This document shows, one piece after another, positions 10,606-20,841 of a DNA stretch of 64,000 nt. The stretch covers positions 96,001-160,000 of the forward strand of contig JAZDQA010000001.1 in the NCBI GenBank assembly GCA_043797085.1. Reading direction: 5' to 3'. The notes beneath the pieces are model-generated. The model was not told where the DNA came from. It ran no database searches and saw nothing but the letters and a program-made list of their open reading frames with translations. Every line of letters starts with the position of its first letter. Position 1 is the stretch's first letter. Source of the stretch: Pseudomonadota bacterium. GTDB lineage: Bacteria; Campylobacterota; Campylobacteria; Campylobacterales; Sulfurimonadaceae. A program made the position numbers and the translations under genes.

Positions 10606-11207
10606 ATGTACGCATTTATTATCGAACGTTTTATCTGATTTTGCTATCCATCTTGCTGCTTGTGAGTATTATCGCTTTTTCTATGTTCGTTTTAATCCCA
10701 AAAGGGAAAGAATATCGTTCGTTACGACTTGAAAATAAAAAAGAGCAAACGATTATGGACATGACGCAAGAGCGTTATGACGTAACAAAAGCAAAGCTGC
10801 AAAAGCTTGAAGAGAAGAACAAAGAGACAATTAAAGCCTATCGAACGACTTTTAATCCTGAAAAATTTACTCGGCTTAATCGGACGCAACTGCAAGATCT
10901 TTTTTTAACCGAGCTTCATGTTGCCGATCAAAATAGATCGTTTAAAGTGTATGAAGTCAATGCAACGACCAAGATTACCTCTCCCGAAGTGTTTTATAAC
11001 TTTTTGGAAAAAGTAAATCACAGCGGATGGATTATAGGGGTTCATTTCCCTGTTCATTTTGAGCGGGATCAAGACCTGATTAAACTCTCTTTCATGATGA
11101 AAGTGCACCATTTTTCAGAAGTAAAAGAAGAGGATAAAGCTCATGACGTTAAAGTAGATCCAAAGCCGGTTGATGCACATCACAAAGAAGCGCATAAAGG
11201 GCATTAA
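10602..11207 (+). CDS. PilO-like bitopic membrane protein
   Basis: TM helix ending LIP, coiled coil, C-terminal FYNFLEKVN segment; follows the PilN-like gene. Confidence 0.55.
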   Translation: MNVRIYYRTFYLILLSILLLVSIIAFSMFVLIPKGKEYRSLRLENKKEQTIMDMTQERYDVTKAKLQKLEEKNKETIKAYRTTFNPEKFTRLNRTQLQDLFLTELHVADQNRSFKVYEVNATTKITSPEVFYNFLEKVNHSGWIIGVHFPVHFERDQDLIKLSFMMKVHHFSEVKEEDKAHDVKVDPKPVDAHHKEAHKGH

Positions 11208-11210
11208 CCT

Positions 11211-11975
11211 CTATTTCATCTCTTTAGCGCGCGCATGAGCTGCTTGTATCGCCTGCATGCATCCCTCTCGAACCCCTGATTTTTCTAAGGCACCATAACC
11301 TGCGGCTGTTGTTCCTCCCGGACTCATCACGTTATCTTTGAGCAGTGCCGGATGAATGGTTTGGATAAGTTCGCCAAAGCCTTTGAAAAGACCGCGCATG
11401 AGTGTGAGGGCATCTTCACGTTTTAATCCTTCCCGTACTGCTCCATCACAAAGCGCTTCAGCGATCAGGGCAAGATATGCAGGACCGCTTCCGCTGAGAG
11501 CAGTTGCAATATCAAGCTCCTTTTCGCTGGAAAGCCATACGGCACTACCGATTGTCTCAAAGATGGTCATTGCAAAAGGTTTTACTTCACTATCGCCAAC
11601 CAATGCAGTCATCGATAAAGCTTTTTCAGCAGCGAGATTTGGCATAGCGCGAACGTAGCGATGTGCGTCAATCGCGTGGAGAGATTCGAGTGATGTCCCT
11701 GCAAGAACCGAATAGAGTGCTTTTGCTTTACCTTTTAAAGAGGGAGCAATTTCTAAGAGATTGGAAGGTTTAACGCAAAGAATGATATTTTTATCATGAA
11801 TAGTTGCAGTAGCGTAAAGAGTTTTTTCAATTTTTACCCCTAGTTGGGCTTCAAATTCGTCTAATTTTTTTTCATCTCGACCGATTACTTCGAGTTCATA
11901 GTTCTTTTTTAATCCTTGCGCGAGGGCGAGCGCCATTTTTCCATTTCCGATGAGGGTTATGGATACTTTAGTCAT
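11211..11975 (-). CDS. proC: Pyrroline-5-carboxylate reductase
   Basis: IGNGKMA, RAMPN, ALSGSGPAY, VMSPGGTT; start reassigned to ATG 11975, overlapping the fliW stop. Confidence 0.95.
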   Translation of the reverse strand: MTKVSITLIGNGKMALALAQGLKKNYELEVIGRDEKKLDEFEAQLGVKIEKTLYATATIHDKNIILCVKPSNLLEIAPSLKGKAKALYSVLAGTSLESLHAIDAHRYVRAMPNLAAEKALSMTALVGDSEVKPFAMTIFETIGSAVWLSSEKELDIATALSGSGPAYLALIAEALCDGAVREGLKREDALTLMRGLFKGFGELIQTIHPALLKDNVMSPGGTTAAGYGALEKSGVREGCMQAIQAAHARAKEMK

Positions 11976-12360
11976 CGGTTCGATCTTTGAGATAATTTCT
12001 GATAGGTTCAGCGATACTGAACTCAGAGCTGTTATCAATAATGATTTGTGCCATTTGTCCGTTATCGGCGTTGAAAATCAAGGGTGCTGCAAAGTTGATA
12101 TTTGAGTTTTCGATGGGTGTTGTAAGAATGACAATTGCATAAATAAGGAGATTACTGTTTTCGTCTATTCCCATAAGTGCTTGCAAAGAGGTTGGAATAT
12201 CAAAGACGTATTCACGTAAAACAAAGGGATTGATAAGGGTGAATGATGGACCTTCTCCGGCACTCTCAAGGCGCATAAAAATATCATCGATTTTCTTGAG
12301 TTCCATTTGTTTGATAGACTCAAATCCAAGGAGTGGGAGCTTTAATTCAAATTGCATCAT
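11968..12360 (-). CDS. fliW: Flagellar assembly factor FliW
   Basis: LPLLGFE, FTLINPFVLREY, INFAAPLIFN. Confidence 0.92.
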   Translation of the reverse strand: MMQFELKLPLLGFESIKQMELKKIDDIFMRLESAGEGPSFTLINPFVLREYVFDIPTSLQALMGIDENSNLLIYAIVILTTPIENSNINFAAPLIFNADNGQMAQIIIDNSSEFSIAEPIRNYLKDRTDD

Positions 12361-12429
12361 TACCTCTTATTAGAAATTAGTTTGATTTTAACACAAAAAA
12401 GATTCAACAATGTAGTATTAATCTCTTTT

Positions 12430-12438
12430 TGGTAAAAT
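12430..12438 (+). promoter_or_regulatory. Extended -10 promoter element for bamD-lon
   Basis: TGGTAAAAT about 30 nt upstream of the bamD ATG. Confidence 0.5.
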
Positions 12439-12469
12439 TGTCACTACTTTAATAAAAAATGGATAAGCG

Positions 12470-13195
12470 ATGAAGATGATTCGAGGTGTGATAGCGGCAG
12501 TTGCAGTGATTTTTTTTATGAGTGGATGCGCTAGCAAAGAGTTGGATGAATACAATAAGCCCGCTGACTACTGGTATGAAAAAATGATTTCGGCGGTATC
12601 AAGCGGTAATCTTGAAAAAGCAGACAGCTATTTTAGCTCGCTGCAAAGTGAACATATCGGTTCACCGCTCCTTATTGAAGCAACCTTGATTATGGCTCAA
12701 GCGCACATGGCATACGAAGAATATTTGCTAAGCGAACACTTTTTGGATGAATACAATCGTCGTTATGCTTCACGCGAGGGGCGGGAATATTCGGAATTTT
12801 TAAAGATAAAATCGAAATTCTTGGCACTGCCTAATCCGGGGCGGGATCAAGGTCTTATCGATGAGACTTTGAAAGGGGTAAATGTGTTTCGCGCAAGTTA
12901 CCCTCATTCGACCTATATGCCGCTCGTTAATACGATGGAAACACAATTGCAGCTTGCACGCGGAGTCTTAAATGATCAAATTGCTCAGCTTTATAACCGA
13001 TTGGGGAAACCTAAAGGAGCAGAGTATTATCATAATATTGCCCCGGTAACATGGATTGATTCTTCTGCAATTATTCCTGCGGATATTCCGTGGTATCGAA
13101 AGATGTTTGAGGGTGATGGGTCAAGCAGTTGGTATGCGTTTATGATCCCACAAACTCGAAGTGTTGTCTCTATGGATGATAACCAAAGTAAATAA
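12470..13195 (+). CDS. bamD: Outer-membrane assembly lipoprotein BamD
   Basis: Lipobox MSGC; YNKPADYWY, SEHIGSPL, TPR helices, RDQGLI. Confidence 0.88.
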   Translation: MKMIRGVIAAVAVIFFMSGCASKELDEYNKPADYWYEKMISAVSSGNLEKADSYFSSLQSEHIGSPLLIEATLIMAQAHMAYEEYLLSEHFLDEYNRRYASREGREYSEFLKIKSKFLALPNPGRDQGLIDETLKGVNVFRASYPHSTYMPLVNTMETQLQLARGVLNDQIAQLYNRLGKPKGAEYYHNIAPVTWIDSSAIIPADIPWYRKMFEGDGSSSWYAFMIPQTRSVVSMDDNQSK

Positions 13196-13219
13196 ACTAC
13201 AATTTAATTAGGATTTTTG

Positions 13220-15643
13220 ATGCAATTAAGTAACTATGCCGCTTTTCCAACTACTTTGCCGGTAATTGCCGAAGACGAGCTTTTTTTATACCCTTTTATG
13301 ATTTCACCTCTGTTTTTGAGTGATGAAAAAAACATTGCAGCTGCAGCAGAAGCGATCGAAAACAATTCATTGATCATCGTGTGTCCCGTAAAGCCTGAAC
13401 ATGAAGGTTCACGTGATGCAGATGCAGTTTATAATGCCGGAGTCATCGGCTCAATTATGCGTAAAGTCGTTCTACCTGATGGACGAATCAAGGTGCTCTT
13501 TCAAGGGCTTGCTCGTGGACATATTACGGAGATGATTCATGATAATCCATTGCGTGCAAACGTTGATCTTATCCAATCATTAAGTGTTAACGCGTTGAAA
13601 ATGGACGCTATTTTAGAGATTCTACGTGAAAAAGTACGTGCTTTATCGCAAGTGAGTAACTATTTTCCTCCCGATTTACTCCGTACTATAGAGGAGAATC
13701 ACGAGTATAACCGTATTGTCGATTTGATCTCTAGCTCTATCAAAATGAAAAAAGAGAATGCGTACAAACTTTTCGTCGAACGTGATCCTGAAAAACGGTT
13801 TTTGATGCTGATCGATGAGTTGATCGAAGAGACAGAATCCAATAAGCTCCAAAAAGAGATTCGTTCCAAAGTTCATACCCGTATTGAAAAAGTAAACAAA
13901 GAGTATTTTCTCAAAGAGCAGCTCAAACAGATACAAAAAGAGTTGGGCACGGATACACATCGCGAAGAAGAGATCGAAGAGTTCCGAAAAAAGCTTGAAG
14001 CCAAAAAAGACAAAATGCACGCCGATGCGTACAAAGAGACATCTAAACAGCTCGAGCGATTTGCCCGTATGCATCCGGACAGTGGCGATGCCGGGATGTT
14101 GCAGACGTATTTAGAATACGTTCTTGAAATCCCTTTTGGAGAAGAGTCCAAAAAAGCGCTTAATGTTCATGATGTTGAAGCACAGCTCAATAAAGACCAT
14201 TTTTCACTTAGAAAGCCTAAGCAGCGAATTTCAGAGTATTTTTCAGTTCGTGAACTGCTGGAGTTGCGTGGTCAAGCGGATAAAGAGGGGCGTGGGGCTA
14301 TTTTATGTTTTGCGGGTCCTCCAGGTGTGGGTAAAACCTCACTTGCGAACTCGATTGCGACGGCGCTTAAGCGTCCTCTTGTACGAATTGCATTGGGTGG
14401 GCTAGAAGACGTTAATGAGCTTCGAGGACACAGACGCACCTATGTGGGAGCCATGCCTGGGCGTATCGTTCAAGGGGTGATTGAAGCTAAAAAAATGAAC
14501 CCGATTATCGTACTCGATGAAATTGATAAGATTGCAAAATCGCACAGGGGAGATCCAACCGCAGTATTGCTGGAGATTTTAGATCCTGAGCAAAATACAC
14601 ATTTTAGAGACTATTATCTTAACTTTAATCTCGATTTGAGCAAGGCTATTTTCATCGCTACGGCGAATGATGTAGGACAAATTCCTGGACCGTTGCGTGA
14701 TCGCATGGAGTTTATTCCCGTCAGCTCATACACACCGCAGGAAAAATACGAGATTGCAAAACAGTATCTCATCCCGCAAGAGCTGAAAAAACACGGACTT
14801 AAAACCTCGGAACTTTCGATTTCTAAAACAGCTTTGTTTGACGTTATCGAAAAACATACACGAGAAGCGGGCGTACGTAATTTGCGTCGTCGCATAGCGG
14901 ACATCGTTCGTAAGACAGCGAAAAGGATTCTCGAAGATCCAAGTACTTTAAAGGTGAGTGTAACGCTTAAAAACCTCAAAGACTTTTTGGAAAAAACAGT
15001 TTTTGAGATTGAAAAAACCGATCATATTAACCATATTGGTGTGGTGAACGGTTTAGCGTGGACAGCGGTCGGGGGAGACGTACTTAAGATTGAAGCAATT
15101 CGCATCAATGGAAAAGGGACGTTACAGCTTACCGGAAGTCTGGGTGACGTGATGAAAGAATCCGCACGTATTGCACTCTCAGTCGTGAAAACACTTATCG
15201 ACACGGGCAAAATTACTGTTGATCACTCTATCATCCCTCTCAGCGTTGCAGAGCGTGAGAGCGCGATCGCTGTAGATGCCAGTGAAGTCTATAAACGTTT
15301 TGATCTGCACATTCACGTTCCCGATGGTGCAACGCCTAAAGACGGTCCGAGTGCCGGAATTGCTATGTGTACGGTTATCGCTTCGATTTTAACGGAGAAA
15401 AAAGTACGTGCTGACATCGCAATGACAGGTGAGGTATCGTTGACTGGAAATGTTCTTCCTATCGGCGGACTCAAAGAAAAGCTGATTGCGGCACATCGTG
15501 CAGGGATGAAATTAGCGCTTATTCCGCAAAAAAATTATGAGCGCGATCTCGACGATATTCCGGATGAAGTTAAAAATGTTCTTGAGATCCGTGGAGTCAG
15601 TCGCATAGAAGAGGTTTTAGCTGCTCTTTTAATCGACGTATAG
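13220..15643 (+). CDS. lon: ATP-dependent Lon protease
   Basis: Walker A GPPGVGKTS, HRRTYVGAMPG, DGPSAG catalytic Ser, IGGLKEK. Confidence 0.97.
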   Translation: MQLSNYAAFPTTLPVIAEDELFLYPFMISPLFLSDEKNIAAAAEAIENNSLIIVCPVKPEHEGSRDADAVYNAGVIGSIMRKVVLPDGRIKVLFQGLARGHITEMIHDNPLRANVDLIQSLSVNALKMDAILEILREKVRALSQVSNYFPPDLLRTIEENHEYNRIVDLISSSIKMKKENAYKLFVERDPEKRFLMLIDELIEETESNKLQKEIRSKVHTRIEKVNKEYFLKEQLKQIQKELGTDTHREEEIEEFRKKLEAKKDKMHADAYKETSKQLERFARMHPDSGDAGMLQTYLEYVLEIPFGEESKKALNVHDVEAQLNKDHFSLRKPKQRISEYFSVRELLELRGQADKEGRGAILCFAGPPGVGKTSLANSIATALKRPLVRIALGGLEDVNELRGHRRTYVGAMPGRIVQGVIEAKKMNPIIVLDEIDKIAKSHRGDPTAVLLEILDPEQNTHFRDYYLNFNLDLSKAIFIATANDVGQIPGPLRDRMEFIPVSSYTPQEKYEIAKQYLIPQELKKHGLKTSELSISKTALFDVIEKHTREAGVRNLRRRIADIVRKTAKRILEDPSTLKVSVTLKNLKDFLEKTVFEIEKTDHINHIGVVNGLAWTAVGGDVLKIEAIRINGKGTLQLTGSLGDVMKESARIALSVVKTLIDTGKITVDHSIIPLSVAERESAIAVDASEVYKRFDLHIHVPDGATPKDGPSAGIAMCTVIASILTEKKVRADIAMTGEVSLTGNVLPIGGLKEKLIAAHRAGMKLALIPQKNYERDLDDIPDEVKNVLEIRGVSRIEEVLAALLIDV

Positions 15644-16613
15644 TCGTATAGGCTTTAGGAGAGCCATAGAAAAACCCACGTAATTTTGGGTTGATCTTGA
15701 GTTTTCTGCACTCTTCACGAAACCCCTTATCCATAATCACATTGGTATAATAGGGGGCGATGAACGTGTATCCTTCTTCGATTGACACTACAATAGTTCT
15801 TGAAATAACACAATTTTTTTCTTTTTTTAAATCCTCTTTTTCACTGCCGCTCATAAGTGTCCCCAGCGATTTTAAATGTTGATCGATTCCATATAGGAGA
15901 GAGCGCAGATTGATCGGATTTTTACTCCAATACAATCCATCACACTCTTCAAAATTGATGGTTTCGATGAGACTCTCGTTGTCTTCTTCGAGATAACGAA
16001 AACTTCGTCGCAGGGCATCAGTATGCTCACGCATCATAGGAGTGCTGAATTGATGTCGAAAACGGTTGCGAGTGTATTTCTCATCGTAATTGCTTTCATC
16101 GATAAAATGGGAGAGATTACGTTCATTTAAATACGCTTCGATCTCTTGACGATCGTGTTGGAGTAGAGGGCGTATAAGGGTAATATTTCCTCGTTTATCC
16201 ATCGATTTTACACCGAGTAATTCAGGTAATCCGCAGCCGCGACACAGCTGCATCATCAGCCATTCCAAACGGTCATTGAGTTGATGGGCGGTGAGGAGAT
16301 AGGTGTAGTGGTGTTTTTTTATCAGATAGTCAAAAAATTGGTATCGTTCAATACGTGCATGGTGCTCAAAATTACTGCCGTTGAGATGACAAGAGTGGAC
16401 ATAGCAGTGTAAGCCGTGCGATTGCGCGAGTTGTTCGGCACTGGCGGCTTCATGGTTGCTGGTAGGTCTGGCATGGTAGTTGACATGGGCAATATCAAAA
16501 TCAATCTTATGCTCAAGGAGAAGATGGAAGAGGGCGGTAGAATCGACTCCACCGGAAAAGGCTAAGAGAACTTTCCCCTCACGAAGCTGTTGGAGGTGTA
16601 AAAGCTTACGCAT
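15597..16613 (-). CDS. tilS: tRNA(Ile)-lysidine synthase
   Basis: PP-loop AFSGGVDS, TAHQLND, IRPLL, DESN..YTRNRFR. Confidence 0.94.
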   Translation of the reverse strand: MRKLLHLQQLREGKVLLAFSGGVDSTALFHLLLEHKIDFDIAHVNYHARPTSNHEAASAEQLAQSHGLHCYVHSCHLNGSNFEHHARIERYQFFDYLIKKHHYTYLLTAHQLNDRLEWLMMQLCRGCGLPELLGVKSMDKRGNITLIRPLLQHDRQEIEAYLNERNLSHFIDESNYDEKYTRNRFRHQFSTPMMREHTDALRRSFRYLEEDNESLIETINFEECDGLYWSKNPINLRSLLYGIDQHLKSLGTLMSGSEKEDLKKEKNCVISRTIVVSIEEGYTFIAPYYTNVIMDKGFREECRKLKINPKLRGFFYGSPKAYTTIRRLKEQLKPLLCD

Positions 16614-17922
16614 CGCCTGTGATGGTCGCTAGGAGATGAGTTCCTGAGAGTTCAGTAATGCGGGCACGGTACATTTTTCCGTATGTCAGCTCACTTTCGA
16701 TCTCACGGTCATTGACATAGATTTCACCATCTACATCGGGTGTCCAGTTAAGAGCACGCGCACTGAGGAGAAATTCATGTTCGTCACTCTCTCCGTCGAT
16801 AACGAGAGAAATTTCAGTGCCAACCAGTTTTTGGAGGCTTTCGATTTCGATTTTAGAGGCGATTTTCCCCAGTTTTTTGGCGCGCGCGTTGATGACTTTT
16901 GTAGGGATTTTATCTTCTAGGGTATAGGCACTCGTCCCCTCTTCATCCGAATAGCTAAAGACATTGAGACGGTCAAAGCCAAAAGAAGCGGCAAACTCTG
17001 CCATCTCTTCAAACATTGCTTCAGTTTCGAGAGGATGCCCGACGATGAAGCTGGTACGGATGAACGCGTTTGGCAATGCTTTCATGGCATTGAGAAGTTC
17101 GAGGGTTTTTTCTTTTCCAAAACCGCGCTTCATGATGCGTAGCATATCGTCGTTAATGTGTTGAATAGGCATATCAAAATAGTTGTGAAATAGTTTGGAA
17201 TCGCCGATGGTTTTGATAAGTTTTAGGGTTGTAGTCGAGGGATAAAGGTATAAAATCCGTGCACTTTTGACCCCGTCGATGAGTTCGATCCGTTTGATAA
17301 GATGGATAAGTCCGTCAGGTATATTTTGGTCACGCAAATAGGAGCTTGAATCTTGGGAAACGAAACTAAAATCATAGTATCCCTTCGCGACCAGTCCTTC
17401 GACTTCACGTGCGACACTCTCTAAATCACGCGAGTTGAGTTTTCCTTTGAACGAGGGAATGGCGCAAAAACTGCACTGCTGGTTGCAACCCTCAGAGAGT
17501 TTGATGTAGGCATGATAGGTCGAACCCGTCACGACACGCTCTGCACCGTCGATGAGGTACACTTCTGGAGTAAAACGGCTTTGTTTGAGGGCTAAAAGCT
17601 CATCGATTTTGTCGTAATCACCAACTCCGGTGAAAATATCTACTTCTGTGAGCTCTTTCGCGAGATCCTCTTTATAGCGTTCGCTCAAACATCCTGCCAT
17701 GACTAAAACGGACTCTTTTTTACGTCCTGCGTTGAGGTTGAAAACGGTGTTCAGTGATTCTTGTTTTGCTGCATCGATAAATCCGCAGGTATTGACGATA
17801 ATAACATCTGCATCCGTACCATCATCGGTCATGGTATAGTTTTGAAGCCGTCCTAGCATCACCTCGGTGTCAACGAGATTTTTGGTACAACCCAATGATA
17901 CGATATGAAGTTTTTTGGACAT
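16606..17922 (-). CDS. rimO: Ribosomal protein S12 methylthiotransferase RimO
   Basis: SLGCTKNLVDTE, NTCGFI, CNQQCSFC, TPDVDG. Confidence 0.96.
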   Translation of the reverse strand: MSKKLHIVSLGCTKNLVDTEVMLGRLQNYTMTDDGTDADVIIVNTCGFIDAAKQESLNTVFNLNAGRKKESVLVMAGCLSERYKEDLAKELTEVDIFTGVGDYDKIDELLALKQSRFTPEVYLIDGAERVVTGSTYHAYIKLSEGCNQQCSFCAIPSFKGKLNSRDLESVAREVEGLVAKGYYDFSFVSQDSSSYLRDQNIPDGLIHLIKRIELIDGVKSARILYLYPSTTTLKLIKTIGDSKLFHNYFDMPIQHINDDMLRIMKRGFGKEKTLELLNAMKALPNAFIRTSFIVGHPLETEAMFEEMAEFAASFGFDRLNVFSYSDEEGTSAYTLEDKIPTKVINARAKKLGKIASKIEIESLQKLVGTEISLVIDGESDEHEFLLSARALNWTPDVDGEIYVNDREIESELTYGKMYRARITELSGTHLLATITGDA

Positions 17923-17946
17923 AAATAAACCTTAATTTTTATTTTC

Positions 17947-18015
17947 TGCCCTTTTAAGGGCAAGCTTTAGTGCCATAGCGGCAAGCGTAGCTAAATGGGC
18001 TTTGCTCATTTAGCG
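17947..18015 (+). repeat. Structured intergenic repeat, family 1
   Basis: Hairpin TGCCCTT/AAGGGCA, core AGCTTTAGTGCCATAGCGGCAAGCGTAG, hairpin GCTAAATGGGC-TTT-GCTCATTTAGC. Confidence 0.7.
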
Positions 18016-18104
18016 TTTAAATCAAGGGAACTATGTGCAGTTTTTTAGACATTTACCAACCCTTGGATATTATTAGTGCAATTATAGCCAACTGGAGATT
18101 TGCC

Positions 18105-19034
18105 ATGCTTATACGCCAAAATTACCCCAACTTGATCCCCTCAAATCAAATCACTCCTGAGGGTGTGTACAAAGAGCGTCGAGAACTAATGAAACTGGCG
18201 GCTTCTGCGGTAGCATTAGCAGGGACGCCTTTGTTTTCGGCATTGAGCTATGAGAGGGAGAAAGAGTCTCGAAGTCTAGAGCTTACCTCTTATGATCAGA
18301 TTACGACGTACAATAACTTTTACGAGTTTTCAACCGATAAAGAGGCTCCATCAAAGCTTGCCAAACATTTTAAACCGCGAGCATGGACATTACGCATTGA
18401 GGGAGAAGTGCAAAAAAAAGTGACTTTTGATATTGACCAGTTATTAAAAATGATTCCATCTGAGGAGCGTATTTATCGTTTTCGGTGTGTTGAGGGGTGG
18501 TCAATGGTGGTTCCGTGGGTTGGGATTCCTCTTGCATCAGTACTAAAATATGTCGGATTAACGTCAAAATCTAAATACGTTGAATTTGAAACGTTGTTTG
18601 ATCCGAAACAATTTCCGGCACAGGGGCAAAGTTTCGGTAGTATTGCATTTCCATATCGAGAAGGACTGCGTATCGATGAAGCGATGAATCCTTTGACTCT
18701 GTTAGCGGTTGGGCTATACGGAAAAGAGCTTTTGCCACAAAATGGTGCTCCAATCCGTTTAGTTGTGCCTTGGAAATACGGATTTAAAAGCATTAAAAGC
18801 ATTGTCAGTATCACTCTAAAAGAGAAGCAAACACGATCAACATGGAATGAAATGGCACCCAAAGAATATGGATTTTTTGCCAATGTGAATCCGACTGTCG
18901 ATCACCCGCGTTGGTCGCAGGCGCGTGAACGTCCGTTAGGTCATTTTTTCAAGCAAGATACGCTGATGTTCAACGGCTATGGCAAAGAAGTTGCTTCACT
19001 GTATAAAGGTGTGGATTTAAAAAAGTTTTACTAA
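18105..19034 (+). CDS. msrP: Methionine sulfoxide reductase catalytic subunit MsrP (YedY)
   Basis: Tat motif RRELMK; YNNFYEF, RFRCVEGWS, QNGAPIRLVVPWKYGFKS; start set at ATG 18105 after GGAG. Confidence 0.95.
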   Translation: MLIRQNYPNLIPSNQITPEGVYKERRELMKLAASAVALAGTPLFSALSYEREKESRSLELTSYDQITTYNNFYEFSTDKEAPSKLAKHFKPRAWTLRIEGEVQKKVTFDIDQLLKMIPSEERIYRFRCVEGWSMVVPWVGIPLASVLKYVGLTSKSKYVEFETLFDPKQFPAQGQSFGSIAFPYREGLRIDEAMNPLTLLAVGLYGKELLPQNGAPIRLVVPWKYGFKSIKSIVSITLKEKQTRSTWNEMAPKEYGFFANVNPTVDHPRWSQARERPLGHFFKQDTLMFNGYGKEVASLYKGVDLKKFY

Positions 19035-19044
19035 AAGAGGGTTA

Positions 19045-19647
19045 ATGAGAATTTTGATTTGGATCGGTGCACTGTTGCCGCTTGTTTATGCGGCATTGCG
19101 TTTTAGTGTTGAATTTCATCCGCAACTAATACGTGATTTTTTGGTATTTATGGAGCAGTATGGTCAGATAATATTGACCAAAACTCCTTCAGATCCATTG
19201 AAATTTTTGAGTGACTTGGCTGGGAACAGTGCTTTGTGGATGTTAGCTATTACGTTAATGGTGACACCATTGCGAAGCTATATCGGGATTAATTTTCTAA
19301 AATACCGTCGCCTTTTAGGATTATTTGCCTTCTTTTATGCATTGATTCACGCTCTTTTGTTTATTGGCGTCGATCAGCAGTTTGATTTTATAGGCGTTAC
19401 CCATGAAGTGTTGACTAAACCTTTTATTGCTTTTGGAATGGGTGCATTTTTGATTTTATTGCTGATGGCATTGACGTCGACAAAGAAACTCTTTGCTAAG
19501 TTCCGGTCATGGCACAAGCTGGTTTATATAGCGGTTGTTTTGATTGCAATCCACTATTTGATGAGTCATAAAACGATTACGATTACCCATGTGGCAGTCG
19601 TAGGAACACTTTTTTCACTGCTGGCATTACGGTTGTTAAAGCGATGA
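19045..19647 (+). CDS. msrQ: Heme-binding membrane subunit MsrQ (YedZ)
   Basis: RRLLGLFAFFYALIH, LALTS-like, WHKLVY..IHY; follows msrP. Confidence 0.9.
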   Translation: MRILIWIGALLPLVYAALRFSVEFHPQLIRDFLVFMEQYGQIILTKTPSDPLKFLSDLAGNSALWMLAITLMVTPLRSYIGINFLKYRRLLGLFAFFYALIHALLFIGVDQQFDFIGVTHEVLTKPFIAFGMGAFLILLLMALTSTKKLFAKFRSWHKLVYIAVVLIAIHYLMSHKTITITHVAVVGTLFSLLALRLLKR

Positions 19648-20789
19648 AGCATTTCGATGTAATTATTTTAGGAGCAGGTGCTAGCGGATTGATGTGTGCG
19701 GCACAGCTTATAGAAAAAACTTCGCTGAAAATTGCTATACTTGATGGAAATGCCAAGCCCGCATTAAAATTAAAAGCTTCTGGAGGAGGTAAATGCAATC
19801 TCACCAATGTGGAAGTGGATGCGAGCCATTTTTTAGGAAATGAATCTTTGGTGTCAAATGCGCTCAGGGCATTTTCCAAAGAAGCGTTATTGGAGTATTT
19901 TCATAATGGCGGGCTTCGTCCTGTGATTCGTAAAGAGCGCTATTATTTTTGTCCGAAAAGTTCCGATGAGGTGATCTCTATATTATTGGGACGTGCTCGC
20001 GGATGTGAAATGCTTTTGGGGCATAAAATTTTGAGCGTTGCGGGGAATGCTCCTTTTGTAGTGACGACCGATAAGGGGAAATTCAGTGCCTCCAATATCG
20101 TCGTTGCAACGGGAGGTGCGAGTTACAAAGAGTTGGGTGCAAGCGATATCGGTCTTAAAATCGCACAAGAGTACGGGCATAAAATTATTCCTTTTGCTCC
20201 AGCACTGATAGGATTGACACTGCAACCCAAAGAGTTTTGGATGAAAGAGCTCAGTGGAATTAGTTTCCCTGCTAGTATTCGTGTGGGTGAAAAGTTACTG
20301 GATGAAGATTTGCTTTTTGCGCACAAGGGGATTAGCGGTCCCGTAGTTCTTTCAGCATCACTGTATTGGCATCGGGGGGAGATAGCGCTTGATTTTTGCC
20401 CCGATTTAGAGTTGGACAAACTTTTTAAAGAGAAAAAATTACTCAGTACCGCACTTCCATTACCCAAGCGATTTATCAAAGCATTTTTAGAAGCAATTTA
20501 TCTGGACGATAAACCGTGCAATCGTCTAAGCCCTGATGAGCGTGAGAAGTTATCAAAACTGCAAAACTACACCATGGCACCCTCGGGGACATTTGGAATG
20601 AGTAAAGCGGAAGTATGTCGTGGCGGTGTAGCACATGACGAGATAGACGTTGAAACCATGCAAAGTATGAGAGTAGAAGGTCTCTATTTTATCGGTGAAA
20701 CGGTAGATGTCACGGGAGAGCTTGGCGGATATAACTTTCAATGGGCGTTTAGCAGTGCGGTTGTTGCTTCCAAGGCAATCAGCTCATAA
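19644..20789 (+). CDS. HI0933/BaiN-family flavoprotein oxidoreductase
   Basis: [44 protein letters not shown]. Confidence 0.92.
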   Translation: MKHFDVIILGAGASGLMCAAQLIEKTSLKIAILDGNAKPALKLKASGGGKCNLTNVEVDASHFLGNESLVSNALRAFSKEALLEYFHNGGLRPVIRKERYYFCPKSSDEVISILLGRARGCEMLLGHKILSVAGNAPFVVTTDKGKFSASNIVVATGGASYKELGASDIGLKIAQEYGHKIIPFAPALIGLTLQPKEFWMKELSGISFPASIRVGEKLLDEDLLFAHKGISGPVVLSASLYWHRGEIALDFCPDLELDKLFKEKKLLSTALPLPKRFIKAFLEAIYLDDKPCNRLSPDEREKLSKLQNYTMAPSGTFGMSKAEVCRGGVAHDEIDVETMQSMRVEGLYFIGETVDVTGELGGYNFQWAFSSAVVASKAISS

Positions 20790-20841
20790 TGCTTTAAACG
20801 AAAAACAGTACAATATGCTACTTAACTCAATAGGAGCAGGG

